Assembly (NCBI RefSeq): GCF_020745735.1 | Contig: NC_083416.1 | Location: forward strand, 57,747,131 to 57,811,130 | DNA length: 64,000 bases | Reading direction: 5' to 3' | DNA from: Hemiscyllium ocellatum | Taxonomy: Eukaryota | Shown here: one piece after another, positions 51,940 through 64,000 of the stretch | How positions within the stretch are numbered: the first letter of the stretch is position 1 | Layout: every line of letters starts with the position of its first letter | Notes under the pieces: generated by a model | The model's database searches: none | The model's input: only the letters and a program-made list of their open reading frames with translations | What the model was told of the DNA's origin: nothing | Made by a program: the position numbers and the translations under genes

Positions 51940-53215
51940 AACTATTCAGTATAGGAACAGGCCCTTCAGCCCTCCAAACCTGCACCAATACATTTTGCAT
52001 TCCATACTAAAATTGTCTTCACTTGCACGATCCATATCCCTCTAGTCCTTTCTTGTTCATGTACTCGTCCAAGTGCTTCTTGAATCCTGCTATTGTGTTT
52101 GCTTCCACCACCTCTGCTGGAAACGCCTCCCTGGAACACACCACCGTTTGTGTGAACAATTTGCTTCACATTTTTTTAAACGTCCCCCATCACACCTTGA
52201 CCCTGTGAGCCCTAGTAATTGACCCTCAATGCTAGGAAAAAGCCTCATACTTTCCACTCTATCCATGCCATTTACAATCTTATAAATTTCTATCAGGTTG
52301 CTCCTCAACTCCTGTGTTTCAGTGAAAACAAACCCAGTCGAACCAATCTATCTGGCCAATGAGGATACAAAGATGTCTGTCAATGCTCCAGCGATTTGAT
52401 CTCTTGCCTCCCTCAATATTCAATGATCCATCCTGTCAGGACCCAAGTATTCATCAGCCTTAATACTTTTTAAGATGCACAATATCTCTTCCTTTTTAAT
52501 AGCAACTTAGCTTAGAAACTCGACACTCCCTTCACTGAGATCATCCTCCACCAATTCCTTCTCTTTGTTAAATACTGAGACAAAGTATTCATTTAGGAAC
52601 TCACCTACGTCTTATGGTCTTATACTTAAAGGGCTTCATCAGTTCTTATCCTCTTAGACCTTACATATACTTTTTTCTTTTTCACCAAGGTCATAACATC
52701 TCTAGTCATCCAAGATTCACGTAACTTGCCATACCTATCTTGCATTCTTGCAGGAATGTGCTGCTCCTGAACCCTTATCAACCTATCCAATATAGTTTTA
52801 CCCTCAAACAGCTCTCTCCAATCAGCATTCTGCAGTTCCTGCCCAATATTGTGGTAGTTTGCCTTCCCTAATTTAACGCCTTCACCCAAGGACTGCTGTC
52901 ATTCCTATCCATGAGTACTTTAAAACTCACAGTATTATGGTCACTACTCTTGAAATGCTCCCCCACTGAAACTTCACCCGGCCGGCTGATTTCCCAAAAC
53001 CAGCTCCAGTATAACCCCTTCCCTGGTTGGTCAAGAAACCCTCCTGAATGGTCTTTACAAATTTTGCCCCGTTCAAGTCCCTAATGCGAAGTGGGTCCCA
53101 GTCAATATAGGGGACGTTAAAATTGCCTACACAGCTCTGCTGTTTTTACATCTTTACAAATTCTATCCACATATTCTCTCCTCTCTCTGCCACTGGCTGT
53201 TGGGGAGCCTGTAGT
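51940..53215 (-). mobile_element. Two abutting antisense CR1 fragments (3' end at 51940-52350; EN/linker at 52350-53215)
   Basis: NLIEIYKIVNGMDRV; KANYHNIGQELQNADW. Confidence 0.7.
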
Positions 53216-53645
53216 ATATGATAAAGAAAAAGGTTCACAGCAATTTTTCATTTTTATATTATCATCTAAATAAAGTATAGAGTTTGAGTTAAATGTTGGG
53301 TCACAATTACTAGTGTTTTAGATTTGTGTTGAAATCTATACACAGCTACCCAATAGCTTTGTGCATAAATATAACATCTAATCCAATATTAAAATGTATT
53401 AATGATAAATGACTCATGACTTTATGTCAAGCAATACAATGCATAAAAGTTCAGGGATTCTTTATTTCCTTGACAGTTTAACAGCAGAAATAGGGCCCAT
53501 TGTATCAGGCAAATCTCATCCAGCTCATTATTTCTTTGGTTCTTTTACCTGTTATGGTATTATGAATGCTGGAGTAATTTTAACTCATTGGATCAAATGG
53601 CCAACTTCAGTGCTGTTTTAGTCTATGATTCAGTTAAATACTTAC

Positions 53646-53743
53646 CATACTACAATGTTTATGACACCAATGGCTTGCATGTTCCGGTTTCTAAACATGT
53701 CAATAACCGAATAATGTTTTTTTTCATGTCTCATAACTTCAAG
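53646..53743 (-). CDS. SLC22A5: SLC22A4/5 (OCTN)-like exon 6: LEVMRHEKKHYSVIDMFRNRNMQAIGVINIVV(W)
   Basis: 98 bp, bounded by ttccag and GTAAGT. Phase 0 to 2 joins exons 5 and 7 in frame; D.FR..N motif. Confidence 0.85.
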
Positions 53744-54101
53744 CTGGAAATAAGGAGGATTCAGTATTAGTTCCTATTAGAAACTACCAATATGACTTTC
53801 TGATATTATCAGGTTATTCAAGATGTGATGATCCAGAAAAATCATTTGAAAGCAGCGCAGATTAAGTTATTACATTTCTCTCCCATGTGACATATTACGT
53901 TGAATCTGCAGTACCTGTAACGAATAGATAGGAGGAGCTCTGGATAAACATAATAAAGCACCCTTTTATTGATGCAGAGAACGTCATAGTTCATCATATT
54001 GTCGCAATCTTCAAAGATGACCACTGCTGCAGTCACTGCAATATGTTTTTGGATTTTGTGAATTAGGACAATGCATACTATAATAATCTGTATATAACAT
54101 T

Positions 54102-54496
54102 GCTGTTTTCCTTGGAGCATCAGAGGCTGAGGGGTGACCTATAAAATCATGAGGGGCATGGATAGGGTAAATAGACAGGATCTTTTCCCTGGATGGGGAA
54201 GTCCAGAACTAGAGGGCATAGTTTAGGATGAGAGGGGAAAGATTTAAAAGGGAATTAAGGGGCAACATTTTCATGCAGAAGGTGGTGCGTGTATGGAATG
54301 AGTTGCCAGGGGAAGTGGCGGAGGCTGGTACAATTACAACATTTAAGAGGCATCTGGATGGATATATGAATAGGAAGGGTTTAGAGGGTTATGGGTCAAC
54401 TGCCAGCAAATGGTACTAGATTAATTTAGGATATATGATCGGCATGGACAAATTGGACCGAAGGGTCTGTTTCCATACTGTATAACTCTATGACTC
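54102..54496 (+). mobile_element. HER1/CR1 LINE 3' end
   Basis: Close match to 40350-40755; CTCTATGACTC tail. Confidence 0.9.
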
Positions 54497-55012
54497 CAAG
54501 ACTATTTTAAATACAAATCACAATAATGTTATAAGTATAGTTTACCCTTAAAACAGAGTTGAGCAGTTGGAGAGTGGGCTGACTTAATACTATACATAAT
54601 TTACCCACAAAAAGTTCTTTTTTTACTAATACGTTTTCATTAAAGATGGCAGGACAGACTGACTGAGCTGTCAACAAAGCATGAAAGCTTTACTGATCAG
54701 GGCATAGAGAGTAAGATTTAGAAGTTCAGTTGAATTCGGATAAGACACTGGTTTGGCCACAGCTGGTGTATTGCAACTCATCTGAGCAATGGATTTTAGG
54801 AAGGAAGTCAAGACATTGTAAAAGTGCAGAAGAGGTTTCAGAGAAGAAGAATTTTTGTTGTTAAGATGTATCGAGAAGCTGGAACTGCTCTCTATGGAGA
54901 AGAGGAGGCTGAGAGGAGACCTAAAGAAGGAAGGCTTGCAAAGACTTTAATTGATAACCCATTAGTAAATGGGTTAATCGAGCATGCTGAAGGAATGGAT
55001 CTCATTTAAATA

Positions 55013-55280
55013 GGAGGCAGGGTGGCCCAGTCCGTCAGGGACCTGGGTTTGATTCTAGCCTTGAGCGACTGTCTGTGTGAAGTTTGCATGTTCTTGCATG
55101 TCTGCGTGGATTTCCTCCCACAATCTAAAGATGTGCAGTTTAGGTGAATTGGCCATGCTAGATTGCCCATGGTGTTCAGTGATATGTAGGTTAGATCCTT
55201 TACTTAGGGTTGATAATAGGGTAGGGGAATGGCTCTGGGTGGGTTACTCTTCAGAGGGTCAGTGTGGACTTGTTGGGTGG
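55013..55280 (+). mobile_element. HE1-type SINE, decayed
   Basis: Head and central domain similar to 21886-22160. Confidence 0.7.
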
Positions 55281-56135
55281 ACTATACGGATTCTATTTCA
55301 TTTCAAAGGTAAAGTTGAGTGTATGGTGGATTCATTATCTGTGTATCTAACATTTTACTAGCACCTGCGGATTCATTTGGTGAGGCAAGAGTAAACAGAC
55401 TTTGTCTTGATGATTTTCATTTGACCAATATAATGACCACTCTGAAAAAAGAAAATTGCAAATATTAAAGTGGGAGGAAAACATAATGTAAACAGTGAAT
55501 CTAATCATTGTGTGAGGGTCTGAGGACACTTCAATGGAGACATGTCTCTATGAACTAATGGAACAGCGACCTCATACCTAAATACTACCAAATTAAGTAA
55601 AGACTTCAAAGTGACTTAGTAAAGTTATCCAGTTGGGTGTTAAGATAGAAGATCCAGTCTTAGAACTCTGCTGAATTAGTTACAGTTGGGACAAGATAAT
55701 CAGCAGCCATGAGATAAAGGTTGTGAAATGGCTCAATGAGTGAATGTGGAATGTACTGTGGTAATGAACCAAGCAGATCGTGCTTGATGGCTTGTTTGTG
55801 CAGTTGGTAGTAACAAAATTGTTCCGATACCCCAGGGAACTGAAAACAAATCAGCAAATCTTCCTACTTGCTGAGCCCTAAATAATCTTTTAGGCAAAGG
55901 AAGAATTAGCCTCTGAGGCCTGTAAGACAATTCATGATATCACTATCTGGACTCTCATACAAAAAAAAGTCATTTGCATGAGGAAGTTACAAACACTCCT
56001 CTTTCCCTACCACAGGAAGAGTGACTCAGAAGATGCCATGGACAATGGATCATAATATGGTAGTGAGTCTTCAGAACAGAAAGGCAATTAGAATAACTGG
56101 GTATAAAATAGCAAGAAATAAATGTATGGCACTAC

Positions 56136-56262
56136 CTTAAGATCATTAATGAGCATCACTGGTGGATTGACACCATTTTTCTTTGCAGCATATTGGAGTA
56201 TTGCTTCAGCCTCTTGTATCCTCCCCTTTGAAATCAGCCAGCGTGGAGATTTAGGAATAAAC
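56136..56262 (-). CDS. SLC22A5: SLC22A4/5 (OCTN)-like exon 5: (W)[42 protein letters not shown]
   Basis: 127 bp, bounded by cag and GTAGTG; P.SPRWL...GR..EA..IL..AAK.NG motif. Confidence 0.93.
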
Positions 56263-57225
56263 CTGGGATCAAAGTATTTTATTTAAATACCTCAATATGA
56301 CATATGGTGCAAAGAGATCTAAAAGATTTCAGCTTTGTCTGCATCTACAGTTTTTAATGAACATTGTGTGGAAATAAATATCGCGGATCAGAATTGTTTA
56401 TTTCTGACACAGTAAGCTGGGTTTTCACTCCCTTCAAGTAAATCTTTGGTTAGCTATCAGTATTTGGCATTTAATTCAGCCAACGGATAACATTCATCAT
56501 ATTGATAAAACATCTGTCTAATCGATTTTAAAATAATTTCCTGAGGAAAATGGACATCACATCTATCGAGAGGAGAATCACAAGATTGTTTGTTTTCAAA
56601 ATCAATGGAACTGGAACACTGTAAGGATTGAGACCCATCTCAGAATACTTGATGAAGTATACATGATGAGAAACTTTAATTGAAATGATCCAAGACATTT
56701 TCAGACAGAATGCAACTTTGGCACTCTCTGCTGGAATGTAACTGGACTGTATACCTCCTTTCTGAATGAATGGTAAAGATAGGAGTCACATTAATATGCC
56801 ATGATTTAATGTAGCAATATGGATGCCACTCACCTGTTTGAGAAGTGGTGGGAACCCTGTGTTGTATCTCTTCAGGAAGCCTGCCACTATGTTGTTCCCA
56901 ACAGGCACTTAGCTCCCATCTGATTTAGTCCTAAATAGGCCAGAATTCCCAATCAAACAACTGCCATCCAATCCGAGCCTGGCAGCTCTCCAGTATGGGG
57001 CAACACCAACATAGTGGTTGCAATTGCTAGTTCCATGCTGGGGACTACAGCAAGAGCAGCAGGTAGAGCTGAATATGAGCAGGATACGGATTGTGAGGGT
57101 AAGTGGGAGGAAAGGGAAGGGGTTATGAAGTAAAGGTAAGGAGGGACTTTATCCAGGGCTCCCCTTCCCTCAATGAAGTAAAGGAACCCCTTAAATCAGG
57201 GACTGGCTCCCTTGGTAGCCCAATG

Positions 57226-57565
57226 ATCTTTTTCCTCTTTTCCCCTCCCCCCTTACCCCAGTTCCAACCCACCAGCTCGGCACCATCCTCATTACCTGTC
57301 GCACCTGTCAATCTTCCTTTCCACCTATCCACTCCACCCTCCTGTCCGACCTATAACCTTCACCCTCACCTCCATTCTCAGCCACCTTCTCCCCAGCCCC
57401 ACCCACCTCCCATTTATCTCTCCACCCCGTGAGGCTCATGGCCTTATTCCTGATGATGATCTTTTGCATGAAAGTTTGATTTTCCTGCTCCTTAGATGCT
57501 GTGCTTTTCCAGCACTACTCTAATCTTGACTCTAATCTTCAGCATCTGCAGTACCCACTTTTGCC
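57226..57565 (+). mobile_element. Neptune-type PLE 3' UTR fragment, decayed HHR near 57446-57480
   Basis: Similar to 25870-26245. Confidence 0.7.
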
Positions 57566-58688
57566 CACTGTTAAAGATAACAGAGTTAGCTGGGTGACAC
57601 ATGAATCTGTCATCTGCCGTTGTTTATATACTAATGGTGATGTGATGCAGCACATAATTAGCCTTAAGTAATCAGTTAAGCAACTCAATTGACTTCTAGC
57701 TGAGAATGTTGTCCACAAGTCTTCTGCTCTGGAGATGAATGGAGGTAAGTGGGAGGGTGACAAGATTTCTATCCCATGCACTTCTCACCCAAATCCACGG
57801 CAACCCCTTCTAAGAAGGCATGAGAGACAGAAAGGCAAGTGCTCATTTACCTTCTTAACCTCTGACCCTACACAGCTATGAGTTTTCCATAAATCTAAAA
57901 TATCACTCTTTACTCTCTCTACTGAAATACATCACCTTGCACTTCTCCATATTAATTCCATTTTCTTTTTTCTGTCCATTCTGCGTGTCCAAGTCCTGTT
58001 ACACGTCTAAGTTTGATATCATCAACAAATTTTGAAATTTCGCTCTCCAATGTGAAAGTCATTTAGGTTGTCCTAGAATTGATCTTTGCTAAATACCACA
58101 GTCTGTCAACGTCTAGCTTAAACAAAAAATCAGTTAACAATATGCAACTCCTTCTTCTGAAGCCAATTTTTCAATGAATTTGACTCTGAACCTCCCATTC
58201 CATTAGCCAAATTTTGTTATCCAAACTTCAATCAAACATCATCTCAGAATTCCTTTAAGCAACACTCTATTCCCTTCATTAATCTTTGCTGTTTGTTCAT
58301 CAGGAAATTCGCTTCAGTTAGAAAAGCATGACAAGTCTTTTATAAATCTGCACTCATTGCCCTTGATATACTCAAACCTCTTCAAGAGTTGGCTGATTTT
58401 TGTTCCATGATATTGTTTCAAAAGGTTACCCATCACTGATGTTAAACTGACTAACCCACAGCTATTAAGAAAGTCCCTAAAGCAATTATTACATAGTGAT
58501 ATTAAATTTGAAAGCTTCTCAGACTTTGGCACCGTCTAGAATCTCAAGAAGATTGGGAAGCTATGTTGAGCCCTTCCAGTAGATCCACACAGTTGTTTTA
58601 TCAGGTCACCTACCCATAGTAAAATCTATTTAATTTTCAAATGTCAATTTTAATCTGGTAAAATTAGGCAAGGATTATAAAGGACTGG

Positions 58689-59762
58689 ATGTAGGTTTGC
58701 TCCCTGAGCTGGAATGTTCGTTTTCCCACGTTTCATCACCATGCTCGGTAACATCATCAGTGAGCCTCCGGTGAAGCACTTGTGTTCTGTCCCATTTTCT
58801 ATTTATTTGTCTTGGTCTCTTAGGGTGGATGATATTATTTCTGGTTCTTTTTCTCAGAGGGTGTTAGATGGGGTCCAAATAAATATGTTTATTGATGGAG
58901 TTCTGGTTAGAATGCCATGCTTCTAGGAATTCCTGTGCATATCTGTGTTTAGCCTGTCCTACAGTGGATGTGTTGTCCCAGTCAAAGTGATGTCCTTCTT
59001 TGTCTGTATGTAAGGATACTAGTGATAGTGGGTCATATCTTTTTGTGGCTTGTTGATGCTCATGCATCCTGGTGGCTAGTTTTCTGCCTGTTTGGCCAAT
59101 GTAGTGTTTGTTCTTGCATGGTATTTTGTAAATTACATTTGTTTTGCTGGTTGTTTGTATAGGTTCGTTAGCTGCTGTTTAAGTGTGTTGGTAGGTTTGT
59201 GGGCTACCATGATGCCAAAGGATCTGAGTAGCCTGGAAGTCATTTCAGAGATGTCTTTGATGTAAGGTAATGTGGCTAGAATTTCTGGGCAAGTTGTGTC
59301 TGCTTGTTTGGTTTGTTATTGAGAAATTGGCAGAAAACTAGCCACCAGGATACAAGAACATCAATGAGCCAAGAAAAGTCATGACCTGCTACAATTATTA
59401 TCCTTCCATACAGACAAAGATGGACACTACTTCGACTCGGCCAACATGTCCATCCTAGGACAGCTAAACAGAGACACACATGGGAATTCCTAGCAGCATG
59501 ACATTCTGACTGGAACTCCGTCAATACATACATTGATTTGAATTCCATCTACCATCCTCTGAAAAAAAGAACTGGGCATGATATCACCAACCCTAATAAA
59601 TCAAGACACATAAATAGAAAGGGGGACAAAACACCAGCTTTTCACCGGAGACTCACTGATGATGCTACCTAGTGTGGTGATGAAACATCTGAACCTTCCA
59701 GCCCAGGGAGCAAACTTACACCCAGAGCCTCAACCTGAGCTACAAATCTTCTCAAAAATTGC
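58689..59762. mobile_element. Fold-back Poseidon-type PLE (third family, older)
   Basis: Minus arm to about 59328 (HEHQQATKRYDPLSLVS..EFLEAWHS) and plus arm 59329-59762. TSD TATAAAGGACTGG (58676-58688) / TATAAATGACTGG (59763-59775). HHRs at 58726-58764 (-) and 59653-59692 (+). Confidence 0.88.
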
Positions 59763-59789
59763 TATAAATGACTGGGTATGGTTCCGTTC

Positions 59790-60860
59790 CATTATTCAGT
59801 AGTGGGAGTTGAGAGAGTGTGGGCCAGGGGCCAGCAGTGAAAGTAGGTTTGAATATTAAATACTTACCTCATCAATCAGCAGAGTGAAGACTGTACAGGA
59901 GTGGAAGCGGACACAGGGACAGCTGGGTAAGTGAACTAATATATTCAGGCAGTGGTATGTTGCTTCGTGGGTGCCAAGGTCAGGGATGTCTTGGATCGAG
60001 TCTATAGGAGCTTGAGCAGCCAGACGTCGTGGTATACATCGGTACCAAGGACAGAGTTAGGAAAAGGGATGAGGACCCGAAAAGTGAATAGAGAGAGTTA
60101 GGTTGGAAGCTTAAAGGCAGGATGAGCAGTGTAGTAATCCCAGGATTGCTACCAGTGCCACAGGGTAGTGAGGCTGGGAACAGAGAGCGAGTGCAGCTGA
60201 ACGCGTGGCTGCAGAGCTGGTGTAGGACGGAGGGCCTCAGATATCTGGATCATTGGGATAACTTCTAGGCAAAGTGAGACCTGTACAAGGAGGGGGAGTG
60301 TGGTTGCACCTGAACTGGAGGGGTACCAAGATCTTGGGCAGCAGATTTGCTAGACCTCTTCGGGAGGGGTTAAACTATCTGGCAGGAGGATGGGGACAGG
60401 CTGTGAGGAAGGATAAACAGTTTATATAGCAAAGTCCTAGTCAGTGTGATGGGTTGAAGTGTGTCTATTTTAACAGTGTCAGGAATAAGGGTGATGAACT
60501 TAAATCATGGATCAGTACTTGGGACTACATTGAGGGCATTATGGAGACTTGGATATCACAGGGGCAGGAATGGTTGTTGGATATTCCAGGGTTTAGATGT
60601 TTCAAAAGGAATATGGAGGGAGGTAAAAGAAGTGGGGGAATAGCATTGCTAATCAGGGATAATATATTGGCTGCAGAAATGGAGGCTGTTGAGAAGGGTT
60701 TTGTCTACTGAGTCATTATGGGTGGAAGTCAAATACAGGAAAGGAACAGTCACTTTTTTGGGAATCTTCTACAAACCCACCAACAGCAACAGACACACGG
60801 AGGAACAGACTGGGAGGCACATTTTGGAAAGATGCAGAAGTAACAGGGTTGTTATCATGT
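59790..60860 (+). mobile_element. CR1 LINE 5' part (esterase ORF1 remnant plus start of EN), interrupted by another CR1
   Basis: VVHIGT.D, LHLNW.GT, KCVYFN..RNK and IMETW fragments. Confidence 0.75.
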
Positions 60861-63800
60861 TATGCTCCATTTTTACAGAGTGGCATGGAGAGAAGCGAGA
60901 GCTGCCGGGAAGGGTAAGATTTCCCACTTAAAAAGGGACTTACCTCGGGAGTCAGGCCTCCATTTTTACAGAGCGGCGAGGAGGGAGGGCGAGAGAAGTG
61001 AGGGCCGCCGGGAAGGGAGAGCGCGAGAACCATTTTTAAAGGAGCAGCAGAGTAAGAGGTCACAGGGAGGAGCAGAGGCTGCTGGGTATATATTTAGGCA
61101 GCAGCTGAATCCTAAGACACTACACGTGTAGTGTCTCCCACACGCCCTCCTCCTGTAATCAGAAAAAAGGACTCTCGTGTGTTGTTAGGTAAAGGCGTTT
61201 CAATTGATATTTCTTGAGTATTGTGTGATTAATTAAGTTTACTGTTAGTTGGTCAATTGAATAAGACTATAGAGAAGTGCTAGAAATTATTCAACTCATA
61301 AATTTGTATAAATTAATTCAATAAGTAGAAATGGCTGAATGGTGATGTGCTGTAGCTGTATGATGTGGGAGCTGGCTGGCCCCATTGTGAACTGCAGTGA
61401 CCACATCTGCAGCAAGTGTTGTTTGCTGGAAGAACTCCGGATCAGAATTGATCTGGAATCTGAGCTTTATATAGGAGCACATTCAGGAGGGGGAGAATTA
61501 CTTGCACGCTTTGTTTCAGGAGACAGTCACACCTGGTAGATTCAGTAATTCAAATTCAGTCAGTGATCAGGGACAACAGTGTGTAACTGTAAATGAGGCA
61601 GGTGGGGGATTCTGAGTTCAGGAATGGAGGAGCCCAGCCCTTGACCTTGTCCAATAGGTATGAGATTCTTGCTCCCTGTATGGATGAGGATAAGAGCTGT
61701 GGATAGGATGAGCCAGCTGAACACGGCACCATGGTGCAGAAGGCCATTCAAGAGGGGGAAGCAAAAAGGCAAATAGTTGTTATAGGGATTCTATAATTAG
61801 GGGGACAGATAGTATCCTTTGTAAGCTGAATGAGGAGTCCTGGATGATGTGTTAACTGCAGGTGCCAAGGTGCAGGACATCTCCAACCAGCTTGAAAGGA
61901 TATTGGAGTGAGAGGGAGAAGATCCAGTTGCTGTGATCCACGTTGGTACTAACAACATAGACAAGGCTAGGAAGGAGGCCCTGTTTGGGGAGTATTAAGC
62001 ACTAGGAAGGAAATTGAAGAACAGGTCCTCGAGGGTCATAATCTCAGGATTACTGCCCAAGCCACATGCTAGTTGGCATAAGGATAAGAAAATTAGGGAA
62101 GTAAACACCTGGCTAAGAGATTGGTGTGGGAAATTTCATGGGACATTGGCATCAGTTTTGGATCCGGGGGATCTGTACCGATGAGACCATCTCCTCCTGA
62201 ACTGATTTGGAACCAGCGTTCTCGCGATAACGATAAATAGGGTGGTCACTAAGACTTTAAATTTGTGACTCGGGGGAAGGGAAGGGGAAAGCAACAGTGA
62301 GTATGGAGTCGAGTAGAAAGATAAGCAGCAGGTTAGCATGTGCACAGGGTTTAAATTCAAGGCAGACTAGGAATGAAGCAAAAAGGAAGGATAACATATT
62401 ACTCGAGATGTAAATCATGTGGTTAAGAAAATTAGCATTAAGGCATTTTACCTGAATGCTCGTAGTATTCATAACAAAGTAGATGAATTAACAGCACAAA
62501 TCATCGTGAATGATTATGATGTGGTAGGCATCACAGAGACATGGTTGCAGAGGGTTCAGGACTGGCAGTTAAACATCCAAGCATTTACAATTTATCGAAA
62601 AGGCAGGGAAGTGGACAGGGGGGGCTGGGGTTGCCTTGTAACTTCAGAATAAATTAAATCTGTGGCACTGAATGACATAGGGTCAGGTGATGTGGAGTCT
62701 GTGTGGGTGGAGTTGAGGAACCACAAAAGCAAAATAACCATCATGGGAGTTATGTACGGACCTCCCAACAGTGGTCAGGACCAGGGGCACAAGATGTAGT
62801 GGGAAATAGATAGCACATGTTCAGAAAGGCAAGGTCATGGTGATCATGGGGGACTTCAATATGCAGGTGGACTAGGTGAATAATGTTGCCAGAGGATCCA
62901 AAGAAAGGGAATTCATGGAATGCTTACAGGATGGCATTTTTGAACAGCTTGTGACAGAGCCCACAAGGGAGCAAGCTATTCTGGACTTCTTGCCATATAA
63001 TGAGCCAGACATTATAAGAGATCTTAAAGTCAGGGAACACTTAGGAGGCAGCAATCATAATATAGTAGAGTTCAGTCTACAGTTTGAAATAGAGAAGACA
63101 AAATTGGATGTAATGGTGTTATAGTTAAATCAAGGTAATTACGAGGGCATGAGAGAGGAACTGATGAGCATCGACTGGAAGCAGAGCTAGTGGGGAGGAC
63201 AGCACAGCAACAATGCCAGGAGTTTCTGGGGGTAATTGAGGACACAGTACAGAGGTTCATCCCAAAGAAAAGAAATATTCTCTGGTTGGGGTCGGGGGAG
63301 GGGAAATTAGACACCATGGCTGACATAGGAAGTCAGGAAATGCATCAAAGAAAAAGAGGCAGTCTATAAAGTAACCAAGAGCACTGGGAAATCAGAAAAT
63401 TGGGAAGGCTACAAAGACAACAAAGGATAACATAGAGAGAAATAAGGAAGAAGAGGATCAAATATGAAGGTAGGCTAGCCAGTAATATTAGAAATGATAG
63501 TAAAAGTTTCTTTCAATGCATAAGAAACAAACGAGAGACAAAAGTAGTCAGTGGGGGCTCCAAATTGATGCAGGAAGGCTAGTGCTGGGAGATAAGGAAA
63601 TAGCTGAAGAGCTTAATAAGTACTTTGCATCAGTCTTCACAGTGAAAGACATGAGTAATACCCCAACAATTAAGGAAATTCAGGGGTAGAGTTGAGTATG
63701 GTAGCCATTACAAAAGAGAAAGTGCTAGTAAAGCTAAAAGGTCTAAAAAATTATCAAATCTCCTGGCCCCAATGGGCTACATCCTAGAGTTCTGAGGAAA

Positions 63801-64000
63801 TAGTGGAATGTTGGTTGTGATCTTTCAAAAGTCATTGGAGTCAGGGAAAGTCCTAGATGATTGGAAGATCGCTGTTGTAACCCACTTGTTCAAGAAAGGA
63901 TCAAGACAAAAGATGGAAAATTATAGGCCAATTAGCCTAACCCTGGTTGTTCGTAAAATTCTAGAATCCATCGTTAGGGATGGGATTTCCAAATCCCTTG
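60861..64000 (+). mobile_element. CR1 LINE with 5' UTR, ORF1 and decayed ORF2, running off the window; ORF2 is the same subfamily as 7290-10028
   Basis: MCCSCMMWEL..ICSKC zinc finger; esterase VIHVGTNNI; YLNARSIHNK..GITETW. 62590-64000 aligns with 7290-8700. Confidence 0.9.

Noticed and set aside
53842-54120. 92-aa minus-strand ORF next to exon 6 as an extra SLC22 exon
   Set aside because: Begins inside a CR1 fragment and lacks SLC22 motifs; exons 5 and 6 already join in frame.

Overview
Eukaryotic genomic DNA, most likely elasmobranch (shark), judged from HE1-type SINEs and HER1/CR1 LINE tails; it is dominated by retroelements. The only host gene I can support is an SLC22A4/SLC22A5 (OCTN)-like transporter on the minus strand. 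Five exons are well supported (56262-56136, 53743-53646, 49421-49207, 45371-45189, 38607-38472); they splice in frame and correspond to vertebrate OCTN exons 5-9. A candidate last exon lies at 37128-37089, and exons 1-4 appear to lie beyond the window. Repeats include many CR1-clade LINEs (two with ORF1 and 5' UTR), HE1 SINEs, and a solo LTR with an ATAT TSD split by a CR1. The most notable system is a set of Penelope-like elements (PLEs) from at least three families (two Penelope/Poseidon-type, one Neptune-type). They carry minimal type-I hammerhead ribozyme (HHR) motifs at their 3' ends, about a dozen copies in all. Most are inserted as fold-back structures in which both arms contain the 3' end and only one arm keeps a ~30-40 nt terminal tail, and several have 10-14 bp TSDs. 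Several tiny insertions have breakpoints at the ribozyme itself. Boundaries of old repeats are approximate, and all alignments were done by eye.
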